Assembly (NCBI RefSeq): GCF_020640915.1
Contig: NZ_JADWDC010000003.1
Location: 109,565-133,564 of the forward strand
Direction of reading: 5' to 3'
Origin: Waterburya agarophytonicola KI4
Lineage (GTDB): Bacteria > Cyanobacteriota > Cyanobacteriia > Cyanobacteriales > Xenococcaceae
Length of the DNA stretch: 24,000 nt
Shown: positions 9,346 through 17,649 of the stretch, piece by piece
How positions within the stretch are numbered: the stretch's first letter is position 1
Layout: every line of letters starts with the position of its first letter
The notes under the pieces: generated by a model
What the model was told of the DNA's origin: nothing
Seen by the model: the letters and a program-made list of their open reading frames with translations, nothing else
The model's database searches: none
Made by a program: the position numbers and the translations under genes

Positions 9346-10374
9346 TTATATTTTTATAGTACCGAATCTCAATCTGATTTTTTCCAATGGACCAAAAAAC
9401 ATTCCTAACAACACAGTTGTGATGATTGCCAAGAACCACAAAAAATATACTGGTAGGTTGATTTTCGCTCCAATTACATTTACAAGCGTATATCCAATCC
9501 CCTGCCATAAATAAATTGAATAGCCATTTTCCATGAATGGCTTGAACCAATTAGCAGAAGCTAAAAATTCAGTTTTTCTCGGATTCAAATAAGAAAAAAC
9601 CAAGAGGAATGATGACAGCCAAATAGAGCTAAATACAAAAAACAACCAATTCGGCGGAAATTTATTAGATTGCATATTTAGAGTAACTGGCAAGAAAAAA
9701 TTACTTAATATAAGTGCAGCAATACCCAACAAAACAATTGATATACATTGAATCCGCTCGATCTTGAGATTAATCCTCAGAATATAACCCAAATAAGCCC
9801 AAAATAGATAAAAAATTGGTGTAATCAATCTAGTTGTAGATTCTGGAATTACTGATGTGGTTGAGATAATAATACATAATCCACTAGCCGTGAGCCATAG
9901 AGGTATCCTTAAAGAATAGAACTTTGCTACGAACGGAAGCAGAAATGTCACCATCAAGAAAGGCCCAATAAACCATAAGTGCATCGTTAACATGCCAAAT
10001 GAATGCTCTTCTCCACCGCTAAGAGGGTTAAGCCAATCTATAATTGTTGCCGTTATATGTGTTTGAGCTTCTTTAATATCCAGTGGAAAAATTATCAACA
10101 AGCAACACATAGCATAAGCAAAGTATGGTATGAGGATTCTCGAACTTCTACTAATCACAAACAAAATATAATTCTTAGTATTCAGAACAAACTGCGTTTT
10201 TTTTTCAAATAGTCCATAGGCATAACCTGAAATAACAAAAATCAAAGGCATTTCAAAAAGCAACAGCGAACCATATGAGTGGGGTATTATATCCAGCCAA
10301 AACACACCATGTATGATGGTAACGATGTAGAATATCAGTCCTGCTCTTGCTATATCTATATTTCTGTTTCTCAT
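9346..10374 (-). CDS. acyltransferase family 3 (OafA/YrhL-like) integral membrane O-acyltransferase
   Basis: 342-aa ORF with an ATG start and about 10 hydrophobic segments. The N-terminal NIDIARAGLIFYIVTIIHGVFW fits the acyltransferase-3 pattern (R...lD..Rg.a...Vv..H). It is markedly AT-rich compared with neighbouring genes. Confidence 0.6.
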   Translation of the reverse strand: MRNRNIDIARAGLIFYIVTIIHGVFWLDIIPHSYGSLLLFEMPLIFVISGYAYGLFEKKTQFVLNTKNYILFVISRSSRILIPYFAYAMCCLLIIFPLDIKEAQTHITATIIDWLNPLSGGEEHSFGMLTMHLWFIGPFLMVTFLLPFVAKFYSLRIPLWLTASGLCIIISTTSVIPESTTRLITPIFYLFWAYLGYILRINLKIERIQCISIVLLGIAALILSNFFLPVTLNMQSNKFPPNWLFFVFSSIWLSSFLLVFSYLNPRKTEFLASANWFKPFMENGYSIYLWQGIGYTLVNVIGAKINLPVYFLWFLAIITTVLLGMFFGPLEKIRLRFGTIKI

Positions 10375-10595
10375 TTTTCTGGTTTCTCATCTTTTTTGTT
10401 TATAGAGCCGATCGACTGAAAAATTGATAACTATAAATGATTTAGACTTTTAAATTCGATATTCAAAATAGTTTATTTTAACTTTTTATATTAATATCTT
10501 ACCTTTATTCTCCAATCGGTAAAATCAATGTTTATCGCATTCTACAATCAACAAAATGACCAGAAAAAGTGAAGGGTTAGATGTCTAGACAATCT

Positions 10596-11750
10596 CTAGA
10601 GAGAATAGGCATAATAAGCGATGCCTTCAAAATCATATGAGAGATTATCTTCGACAAACATCTTCTCATCTATATTTTCGGTAAAAAAGTGCGTGCCAAT
10701 AGTTGGTTCATAAAAACGATATATAGGAATCGTTCCTGCTTCTTCAGTATCGAAAGCGTTGAATTGGCTGCCTTCTAAAACATAATTATCTAGATTATTG
10801 GTAATGAAATCTTTTTCTGTTCGGTCGATAGTATAAAGATATGCCCCAGTATCTGTATTGCGAAAACGAGATACTTCTTCGCCTCCCGATAAAGGATCTA
10901 CTGAAATATAAGATTCAGCTTCAAAAGTAAAATCAGTTGATTCATCGAGCAGGAAATTATATTCCGAGGTGTTGGCAGTGTATAAATGTACGCCAGAATT
11001 AGGGTTAAAAAAGCGATAAACGATATCTCCCTGTTGAATTTCTGCATCAGATAAAAGAGACTCATCAGAGTCAGGAGTCTCTTCTAACTCACTCTCTTCC
11101 AAATCGGATTCTGTAAATAGCTCGCTCAAACCTGCAAACCATTGTTCGGCAATCTTATCTTCTCCGTCGCTGTTTGGATGAATAGAATCGTAAGTATCAT
11201 CAGCTAAACTAAATCCTGAGAATTGATCTACAACGATAATGGGAGAATCTTCTAGATCCTTTTCCTCTGCCAAAACAGGAATTTGTTCGTTTAATGCTAG
11301 CAGCTCATCATTATTATTGATCGTAGGGATTATTTGTGCCAGAAAGATGGTTACATTGGGATTCTCGTCTCGCAGAGTGTCAATAACTTGACCCAACTCA
11401 TCAACGGTACTCTCTGCTGATTGAACCTGGAGAATATCGTTAGTTCCCAGATGAATCAAAACAACATCAGGTTGAGCTGATTCGACCCAATCATCAAGCT
11501 GTAACAAAATTTCGTCGGTTCTAAAACCCGAATGACCTTCATGGTCTAAATCAAAATCGGGGTTAGGATTTGGTCCATCACTATTTTCAGTTTGACTGCC
11601 AACAAAATCTACTGTAGTAAAATCGGCTTCCTCTAGTTTTTGCCATAGAGGACGACGATAGGTGTTTCGTTCTTTATCTCCTTGAGTAATAGAATCCCCA
11701 AGAAGCATAATTCTAATTTCAGTCGGTATTTCTAGGCTATTAAGATCCAT
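10596..11750 (-). CDS. SGNH/GDSL hydrolase (CE3-like esterase) with acidic linker and three C-terminal repeats
   Basis: SGNH blocks are present: LLGDSITQG (I), EGHSGF (II), HLGTND (III) and DSIHPN (V). The DFVGS...DHEGHSG spacing is typical of CE3-type carbohydrate esterases. The ORF-track start at 11780 is a TTG, and the first ATG is at 11750 (MDLNSL). There is no hydrophobic signal sequence before the catalytic GDS. Confidence 0.8.
   Translation of the reverse strand: MDLNSLEIPTEIRIMLLGDSITQGDKERNTYRRPLWQKLEEADFTTVDFVGSQTENSDGPNPNPDFDLDHEGHSGFRTDEILLQLDDWVESAQPDVVLIHLGTNDILQVQSAESTVDELGQVIDTLRDENPNVTIFLAQIIPTINNNDELLALNEQIPVLAEEKDLEDSPIIVVDQFSGFSLADDTYDSIHPNSDGEDKIAEQWFAGLSELFTESDLEESELEETPDSDESLLSDAEIQQGDIVYRFFNPNSGVHLYTANTSEYNFLLDESTDFTFEAESYISVDPLSGGEEVSRFRNTDTGAYLYTIDRTEKDFITNNLDNYVLEGSQFNAFDTEEAGTIPIYRFYEPTIGTHFFTENIDEKMFVEDNLSYDFEGIAYYAYSL
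10599..11030 (-). repeat. three tandem ~45-50-aa protein repeats (DUF5648-like) at the esterase C-terminus
   Basis: Aligned by eye, the three repeats are VYRFFNPNSGVHLYTANTSEYNFL / VSRFRNTDTGAYLYTIDRTEKDFI / IYRFYEPTIGTHFFTENIDEKMFV. Each is followed by a ...EG/EA...(F/Y) segment. They span aa 251-394 of the TTG-numbered ORF. Confidence 0.7.
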
Positions 11751-11860
11751 ATCAAAAAAGATAGATGTGAGAAGTTCCAATATTTGCTGCTCAAATTATC
11801 TTATCCCCCGTTGATAACTATAGATATTTTTACAGGCGATCGCAATTCAAGCAATTGCCA

Positions 11861-11891
11861 AACAAAAAAAAGGCTGACATAATTATCAACC
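11861..11891 (-). terminator. probable intrinsic terminator downstream of the GH57 gene
   Basis: Read on the minus strand the sequence is GGTTGA-taattatg-TCAGCC followed by TTTTTTTTGTTT. The stem is 6 bp. Its one non-Watson-Crick position is a G.U wobble on the minus strand but a C-A mismatch on the plus strand. It lies 29 nt past the stop at 11920. Confidence 0.5.
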
Positions 11892-11919
11892 TTCAACATA
11901 TTCTTGCTTGGATTTTAAT

Positions 11920-13401
11920 TTAAGCTGTTAATAGAGCTTCTCCTCTGCGAAATAATTCCCTGGCATAATCCGTCCAAGTACCTTGTCCCCAGTAACGAAA
12001 ACAACTAGTTTCTACCAGCATCACGTATAACAATGCTTCTTGATATTCTTTAGTTTTGGTAATGGCGGGTTCTCGATCTACCAGTGCATCGTATTTTTGA
12101 TGGAACATCGCGCTTAATTGATTCATGGGTTCGAGGACATTTTCATAGCCTTTTACCCAACTAAGATCGTCCGTCCAAGATGCCCCATCCATATGAAACT
12201 GATGGTCTGTGGCTTGTAAATGAGCGATCGCCTGGGTTACTTTTTCTGGGGTAGCGTTATCGGGATCTACCTGTTGCCAAATTTTATGTTGTCCGATTGC
12301 TTGGCAGGTTGGATAATCTTCAGGATTGACTCCCCCAGCTTCAATTAATTCTAAATATTCCGTACCGTTTAAACCCACAATATTTTGATTGTCTTTGAGT
12401 TCGTACCATACGGGTTGGAAATCACGGGCATATTCATTCATCATTACTCCGCCATTTTCGCCATCGGCAATTTGGCTAACGCAACTGGGAACGGAAATAT
12501 CACCTATTTGTTGTTTGCCTCTACCTTTGGCTTCATGATAAGGCTGCATTTGGGCAACTAGTTTAGTATCAGATCCTTGGGTTTTAATTAATGCGGTGAT
12601 ACTAATAGTTTCTCCTTGAGAGTTGCGGGTAACTAAGCGATTGGGAAGATATTTATCATCGTGATGCAAACCCGAACCGTCTAATCTTTCTACGGAATGT
12701 TCTTGTACCAATAACCAGCGATAACCGCACTCTTTGAGAGCTTTGATGTATTCATAAAGAGTATCGGGATTGTTAGGTAGGTGCATTTCTGGGGGAGAAA
12801 AGCCTTTAACTCGTTGCAAGGCATCGTAACCAAACATAGCGGCAAAATAATGTTGCCATGCTTGAATTTGCAATTTAATATCGGGAATGGGTGTAGAAGG
12901 AACAACCGCATGACTCCACATTGTTCCCAACCACTCAACATAAGGCTGATATTGAGCTTCGCAAGTAATTTTTTTGAGATTGTCTAAAATATCTTTGCGT
13001 CCCATTTGCTGGAAACTCCAGAGCAGATTGCCCGAATAATCGAGCATAATGCGAGGATTGCAACCATTGGCGACAAGTTCGGGAATCCAGTCTCCCATGC
13101 GCTTGTAGCACCAAGCAAATGTCTCTCCATTGTGATTATCTCCATCATGGGGATTATCTAGCATATTCTGGAGATTGCCGATTAATCCCCCGTTAGCCCC
13201 TGCGGGGATAGTGGGCTGGTGCATATGAAGGGCGCAAGCAAAACCCGCTGTGACTCGATCGAGATTAATTTTGCTGTCGGATAAAAATATCGATCGCTCG
13301 TGATTTACTATTGAGGCGATTTCTGACTCCCAACCACAAATGTTAGGCAAGCCATTGGTTGTTACTTCGAGATTGTTTTTAGATGCTGTTGCGATCGCCA
13401 T
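11920..13401 (-). CDS. glycoside hydrolase family 57 protein (alpha-glucan-active enzyme)
   Basis: 493-aa ORF with an ATG start. GH57 signature regions are present: CALHMHQP (H.HQP), GFSPPEMHLP (candidate nucleophile Glu) and IADGENGGVMM (DGEN, candidate acid/base Asp). Confidence 0.7.
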   Translation of the reverse strand: MAIATASKNNLEVTTNGLPNICGWESEIASIVNHERSIFLSDSKINLDRVTAGFACALHMHQPTIPAGANGGLIGNLQNMLDNPHDGDNHNGETFAWCYKRMGDWIPELVANGCNPRIMLDYSGNLLWSFQQMGRKDILDNLKKITCEAQYQPYVEWLGTMWSHAVVPSTPIPDIKLQIQAWQHYFAAMFGYDALQRVKGFSPPEMHLPNNPDTLYEYIKALKECGYRWLLVQEHSVERLDGSGLHHDDKYLPNRLVTRNSQGETISITALIKTQGSDTKLVAQMQPYHEAKGRGKQQIGDISVPSCVSQIADGENGGVMMNEYARDFQPVWYELKDNQNIVGLNGTEYLELIEAGGVNPEDYPTCQAIGQHKIWQQVDPDNATPEKVTQAIAHLQATDHQFHMDGASWTDDLSWVKGYENVLEPMNQLSAMFHQKYDALVDREPAITKTKEYQEALLYVMLVETSCFRYWGQGTWTDYARELFRRGEALLTA

Positions 13402-13525
13402 TGTTTTCCTCGAAAACTTATAATGTTTATTTTATAACTAGATACGAATCGTAACAAGGCGATCGCCAATTTTGTTTTATCTATGCTATGGTTAAGAATA
13501 ATTGAATTTTAGACATTTTCTGATA

Positions 13526-13555
13526 CGTCTCCAGTGTTTGCTAGAGGCGTTTTTT
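13526..13555 (+). terminator. terminator-like hairpin oriented for the plus strand, with no plus-strand CDS upstream
   Basis: The sequence is CGTCTCCAG-tgtttg-CTAGAGGCG followed by TTTTTT. Of 9 stem positions, 7 are Watson-Crick pairs, 1 is a G.U wobble and 1 is a mismatch. The wobble becomes an A-C mismatch on the minus strand, where no U-tract follows. Confidence 0.4.
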
Positions 13556-13559
13556 GTGC

Positions 13560-14246
13560 TTAAATTCTCTTTTTGGGTTGATAAAGCAAAGGAATTATTG
13601 ATAATAAAGCCAAGAAAGTAAGAGCCATCAAAAAAGACAGGCGATCGCCTCCCATCATTGCTTGTTCGCCACTTACGCCAATCCAGGTATAGGCAAAACT
13701 CCCAGGTATCACGCCAATAAAAGTAGCCCGAGTATAGTCCCACCAATTTATAGTAGTCAAACCAAACAAGTAATTAACTAAATTAAAAGGAGATATGGGA
13801 ATTAAACGGGTTGTCAAGACAAAAGAGAAAGGTCGATCTAAAACTGCGGTTTGAAATTTGTTTAGTTGTCTATTTTTACTAAATTTGCGTTGAGCAAAGT
13901 CTTGTAGTAGATAACGAGCCGTTAAGAAGGCGCACAATGCGCCCAAACTAGCACTAACAATCGAAATGGCAGTACCGTACCATAAGCCAAAGAGACAACC
14001 GCCAACAATAGTTAAAATCGTCCCAGGAACGCCAATTACGGTTAAAACCGTGTAGATGCCAATAAATATTATCTCTACATATCCTTGATACTGTTTAATA
14101 AAGCTTTTGAATAAAGTGGCATCTAAGACAGTTTTTAATGGAGTAAATATAAATAAAGGTAATAGGATCGAAACAATAATTACCAAGGCGATCGCTTTTC
14201 TGGCGAGGGTATTTTTGGTTATTTTAAGGCTAATTTTTTTGAACAT
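13560..14246 (-). CDS. TVP38/TMEM64 (DedA-superfamily, SNARE-associated) membrane protein
   Basis: 228-aa ORF with an ATG start. It contains IGVPGTILTIVGGCLFGLWYG and the PISPFNLVNYLFGLT re-entrant-loop-like motifs typical of TVP38/DedA proteins. The start lies 20 nt after the ArsS-like stop. Confidence 0.8.
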   Translation of the reverse strand: MFKKISLKITKNTLARKAIALVIIVSILLPLFIFTPLKTVLDATLFKSFIKQYQGYVEIIFIGIYTVLTVIGVPGTILTIVGGCLFGLWYGTAISIVSASLGALCAFLTARYLLQDFAQRKFSKNRQLNKFQTAVLDRPFSFVLTTRLIPISPFNLVNYLFGLTTINWWDYTRATFIGVIPGSFAYTWIGVSGEQAMMGGDRLSFLMALTFLALLSIIPLLYQPKKRI

Positions 14247-14266
14247 TTTTGAGCATTATCTGACAT

Positions 14267-15262
14267 TTAAACTAAAGCTCCTCCACAACTAGAACCAGTT
14301 CCTGCGGTACAACCATAACAATAATTTGCTGTTTTTATTTCTTGAATGATATCTAGGTTATTTAATTCTAATAGCCTGCTAATGGTTAATTTTTCTCCTC
14401 CTGGAGCGATCGCATTAATGTTTTCCATTTGGTTGAAATCGCAATCATAAACATTCCCTAAATAATCGATTGATAGCTCGTTGCGACACATTACCCTATC
14501 TAAAGTTGCAGCATTATAATTATTCGCTAAAAACTCAAGATAGCTGCCGTGAATTTCTCTACGTTGTAAGAATTGCCTGGTTCTACCAATAGGAATATTA
14601 GTAATAGTAAATAGGTTATTAAATTTAAGCTTAAAATGTGCTTGCAGATAAGTTTTATAATCTAACTCTAACTTTTGTTGATCCGCAGTCAGAGCAAAAT
14701 TATCATCGGTAGGCAAAGGAGGATTATAAACCAAATCTAGAACTAAATTAGGATCTTCACCATAGCCTAATTGATTCAACCTTTGAATGGCTCGAATCGA
14801 ATCGTTATATACTCCCGCACCTCTTTGTTGATCTACATTAGACTCCAAATAACAAGGAAGAGATGCCGTAACTCTCAGTTGATTGCTGGCAAAATATTCG
14901 GGTAAATCTTCATATCCAGGTACAAAAAATATCGTTAAATTAGAACGAACAATAACTTCTTTGCCATTTCTTCTCGCAGCTTCTACTATCGGGCGAAAAC
15001 CATAATTCATCTCTGGCGCGCCACCAGTCAAATCGACAGTCTTGATCTGAGGAAAGCGATCGATGATTGCTATTAGCTGCTGGCATACTTCGGGGGCTAA
15101 TTCTTCCGTACGCTTAGGACTAGCTTCTACATGACAATGGGTACAGGCGAGATTGCATTTCCTGCCCAAGTTGACTTGCAATACAGTAATCTTATTTTTA
15201 ACTAATGGTGCAGCTATTTTTTGAGCGAAGGGAGTCAGAGAAGTATTAATTGTCGATGACAT
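14267..15262 (-). CDS. arsS: radical SAM/Cys-rich-domain protein, ArsS (arsenosugar biosynthesis) family
   Basis: 331-aa ORF. It has the radical-SAM cluster motif GRKCNLACTHCHV and the family-specific C-terminal CYGCTAGTGSSCGGAL motif. All of these positions are Cys, and there is no in-frame TGA. Confidence 0.75.
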   Translation of the reverse strand: MSSTINTSLTPFAQKIAAPLVKNKITVLQVNLGRKCNLACTHCHVEASPKRTEELAPEVCQQLIAIIDRFPQIKTVDLTGGAPEMNYGFRPIVEAARRNGKEVIVRSNLTIFFVPGYEDLPEYFASNQLRVTASLPCYLESNVDQQRGAGVYNDSIRAIQRLNQLGYGEDPNLVLDLVYNPPLPTDDNFALTADQQKLELDYKTYLQAHFKLKFNNLFTITNIPIGRTRQFLQRREIHGSYLEFLANNYNAATLDRVMCRNELSIDYLGNVYDCDFNQMENINAIAPGGEKLTISRLLELNNLDIIQEIKTANYCYGCTAGTGSSCGGALV

Positions 15263-15541
15263 AATTCAAAGCTGATGGTTAACCTACGATACAGATCGAG
15301 AATGTATATCGTAATCCCAATTTAGCAAGAGCAACAGCCTAAAATATTAAAGTCAGATTAATATTCACTCTTTATTTCCTTTTTTTGGCAAATATATAGC
15401 TATATAATCCCCGTTAATTAGTAATCACCCCTTGACCCTCTACCCAATACTTTTTTCTAGAATGTAGTTCTGTAGCAAACCCCTTTAAAATAAGAATACT
15501 ATAGTCATTTCCTTTTATATTCCAATTATTGTTAATTTTCT

Positions 15542-16894
15542 ATGAAAAACGCCAGTAAGAAATACAACATCGTTACCTTTGGTTGCCAGATGAATAAAGC
15601 TGATTCTGAGCGGATGGCTGGTGTGTTAGAAAATATGGGTTTTGAAGCTTCAGAAGACCCCAATTTAGCAGATCTGGTTCTCTATAATACCTGTACTATT
15701 CGGGATAATGCGGAACAGAAAGTTTATTCTTATTTGGGCAGGCAAGCAAAACGCAAACATAAACAACCAGACTTAACTTTAATCGTGGCAGGATGCGTAG
15801 CACAACAAGAAGGAGAGCAACTGCTGCGTCGCGTACCAGAATTGGATTTGGTTATGGGACCTCAACACGCCAATCGTCTGGAAGACTTACTGACTCAGGT
15901 ATTTGATGGCAATCAGGTAGTGGCTACCGAACCGATTCAGATTGTTGAAGACATTACTAAACCCCGTCGCGATAGTGAAATTAGTGCTTGGGTAAATATT
16001 ATTTATGGCTGCAATGAAAGATGTAGCTATTGTGTTGTACCCAACGTTAGGGGAGTAGAGCAATCCCGCACTCCCGAAGCAATTCGGGCAGAAATGGTAG
16101 AGTTGGGCAAACAAGGTTATAAAGAGATTACTTTACTGGGACAAAACATCGATGCCTATGGTAGAGATCTTCCTGGTAGCACTCCCGAAGGCAGACATAA
16201 GTATACTCTAACGGATCTTCTCTATTACGTTCATGATATTCCTGGCATAGAGCGAATTCGCTTTGCTACCAGCCATCCCCGCTATTTTACCGAAAGACTA
16301 ATTAAGGCTTGTCAAGAATTACCTAATGTTTGCGAACATTTTCATATTCCTTTTCAGTCGGGAGACAATGACATTCTCAAAGCGATGAAGCGGGGTTATA
16401 CCCACGAAAAATATCGACGCATTATTGATACTATTCGAGAATATATGCCCGATGCTTCGATTACAGCCGATGCTATTGTGGGTTTTCCTGGGGAAACAGA
16501 AACTCAGTTTGAGAACACTCTTCAGCTAATTGAAGATATTGGATTTGATTTGGTCAATACCGCTGCTTATTCTCCTCGCCCTGCTACTCCTGCTGCTTTG
16601 TGGGAAAATCAGTTAAGTGAAGAAGTAAAAAGCGATCGCTTGCAAAGATTAAATCGTTTGGTTTTTGCCTCTGCCGAAACTCGTTCTGAAAGGTATTTGG
16701 GAAGGGAAGAAGAAATTTTAGTAGAAGCTCAAAATACCAAAGATCTCAATCAACTAATGGGTCGAACTAGAGGAAATCGCCTAACTTTCTTCCCAGGCAA
16801 AATTGAAGAATTACAAGGAAAAACCGTCAAAGTCAAAATTACTGCAATTCGCTCGTTTAGTATTACAGGGGAATTAGTTGAAGTCTTAAGCTAA
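15542..16894 (+). CDS. miaB: tRNA-2-methylthio-N6-dimethylallyladenosine synthase
   Basis: 450-aa ORF. It has the N-terminal TFGCQMN...YNTCTIR...AGCVAQ cluster, the radical-SAM [13 protein letters not shown] motif and a C-terminal TRAM-like beta domain ([17 protein letters not shown]). Confidence 0.9.
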   Translation: MKNASKKYNIVTFGCQMNKADSERMAGVLENMGFEASEDPNLADLVLYNTCTIRDNAEQKVYSYLGRQAKRKHKQPDLTLIVAGCVAQQEGEQLLRRVPELDLVMGPQHANRLEDLLTQVFDGNQVVATEPIQIVEDITKPRRDSEISAWVNIIYGCNERCSYCVVPNVRGVEQSRTPEAIRAEMVELGKQGYKEITLLGQNIDAYGRDLPGSTPEGRHKYTLTDLLYYVHDIPGIERIRFATSHPRYFTERLIKACQELPNVCEHFHIPFQSGDNDILKAMKRGYTHEKYRRIIDTIREYMPDASITADAIVGFPGETETQFENTLQLIEDIGFDLVNTAAYSPRPATPAALWENQLSEEVKSDRLQRLNRLVFASAETRSERYLGREEEILVEAQNTKDLNQLMGRTRGNRLTFFPGKIEELQGKTVKVKITAIRSFSITGELVEVLS

Positions 16895-16968
16895 CTATTT
16901 GTCGATCGATTATATTTCTCTCAATCGACAATAATAATATAACTGTGTTTTAGCATTGTTAGGTACAA

Positions 16969-16996
16969 TTACTCAATCAAAAAATACATTGAGTAA
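16969..16996 (+). terminator. perfect 9-bp AT-rich inverted repeat, possible weak miaB terminator
   Basis: The sequence is TTACTCAAT-caaaaaatac-ATTGAGTAA followed by AGTTTTATAAAATTTTTG. It lies about 75 nt past the miaB stop. The stem is AT-rich, so stability is modest. Confidence 0.3.
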
Positions 16997-17250
16997 AGTT
17001 TTATAAAATTTTTGTTGAGTTTTGAAACAGTATAGGGCAAATAATAACTGCTAGATGGAAAAATCAATACAATTTCAGGCAGATGGGAATTGCATCTTCT
17101 AAGAATCAATTAACTTTTTTAGATTGCCATCCACAACTAAATAAAGTTAGAGATCGCAGCACGAGCCGTAGATATCGCTTGTGTTATAGCAATTCAAGCA
17201 TCTTCATAAAAAAGATTATCCAAACTTAAAACTTAATAGAGACTAAGAAA

Positions 17251-17586
17251 ATGGCAGATAAAGATTTTTTTCTCAGTTCAGATGATGCCCAGACTTTTGG
17301 TGATATTAATTACATGAAAAGATCTGTTCGTGTAAGACATACTTTTCCCAAAACTTTGAAGAATCCTAATGGTTTTGCAGTTGAAAAAGAAGTATCTTCT
17401 TCCGATGGTAGATTCGTAGATGGTTTTACCTCTGATGTAAATGAAATTTCATCATCATCGGCTTTTCAATCAGTTCAAAATAGTAATTCTAGTGCCGAAC
17501 CAATCAAAAGTACTCCTAAAAAACGTCCTCAAGGATCTAGTATGGATATGTTCCGCAATATGGCTCGTAATATTGGTAAGAAGTAA
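17251..17586 (+). CDS. hypothetical 111-aa Ser-rich, probably disordered protein with a basic C-terminus
   Basis: ATG-start ORF in a region with no competing ORF, followed 20 nt later by a strong plus-oriented terminator. I recognise no family motif. The composition is low-complexity (SSSS, NSNSS) and the tail is KKRPQGSSMDMFRNMARNIGKK. Confidence 0.5.
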   Translation: MADKDFFLSSDDAQTFGDINYMKRSVRVRHTFPKTLKNPNGFAVEKEVSSSDGRFVDGFTSDVNEISSSSAFQSVQNSNSSAEPIKSTPKKRPQGSSMDMFRNMARNIGKK

Positions 17587-17603
17587 ATCATCATAGTTTA
17601 ATC

Positions 17604-17643
17604 AAAGAGATCGCTTACACTTGAGCGTGAGCGATCTCTTTTT
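17604..17643. terminator. intrinsic terminator between convergent genes (strong on +, weaker on -)
   Basis: A 12-bp stem joins GAGATCGCTTAC (17607-17618) and GTGAGCGATCTC (17627-17638) with an 8-nt loop. On the plus strand it is followed by TTTTT. On the minus strand only TTTGATT follows, and the single G.U wobble becomes an A-C mismatch. Confidence 0.75.
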
Positions 17644-17649
17644 GATCGA

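Noticed and set aside
9338-11835. HIP1-free 2.5-kb gap as evidence that the acyltransferase/esterase region is foreign
   Set aside because: Equally long or longer HIP1-free gaps cover clearly core genes (miaB, the B12 radical SAM gene, GT39). The gap alone is therefore not informative, and only the GC drop of the acyltransferase gene is retained as evidence.
14267-14330. Possible selenocysteine in the ArsS C-terminal Cys-rich motif
   Set aside because: The motif reads CYGCTAGTGSSCGGAL with Cys at all positions. There is no in-frame TGA and no need for read-through, so this is the all-Cys form.
17055-17102. 15-codon mini-ORF (MEKSIQFQADGNCIF) in the long spacer as a leader peptide
   Set aside because: It has no Shine-Dalgarno-like sequence, no run of regulatory codons and no obvious alternative hairpins overlapping it. 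It is indistinguishable from a chance ORF in AT-rich sequence.
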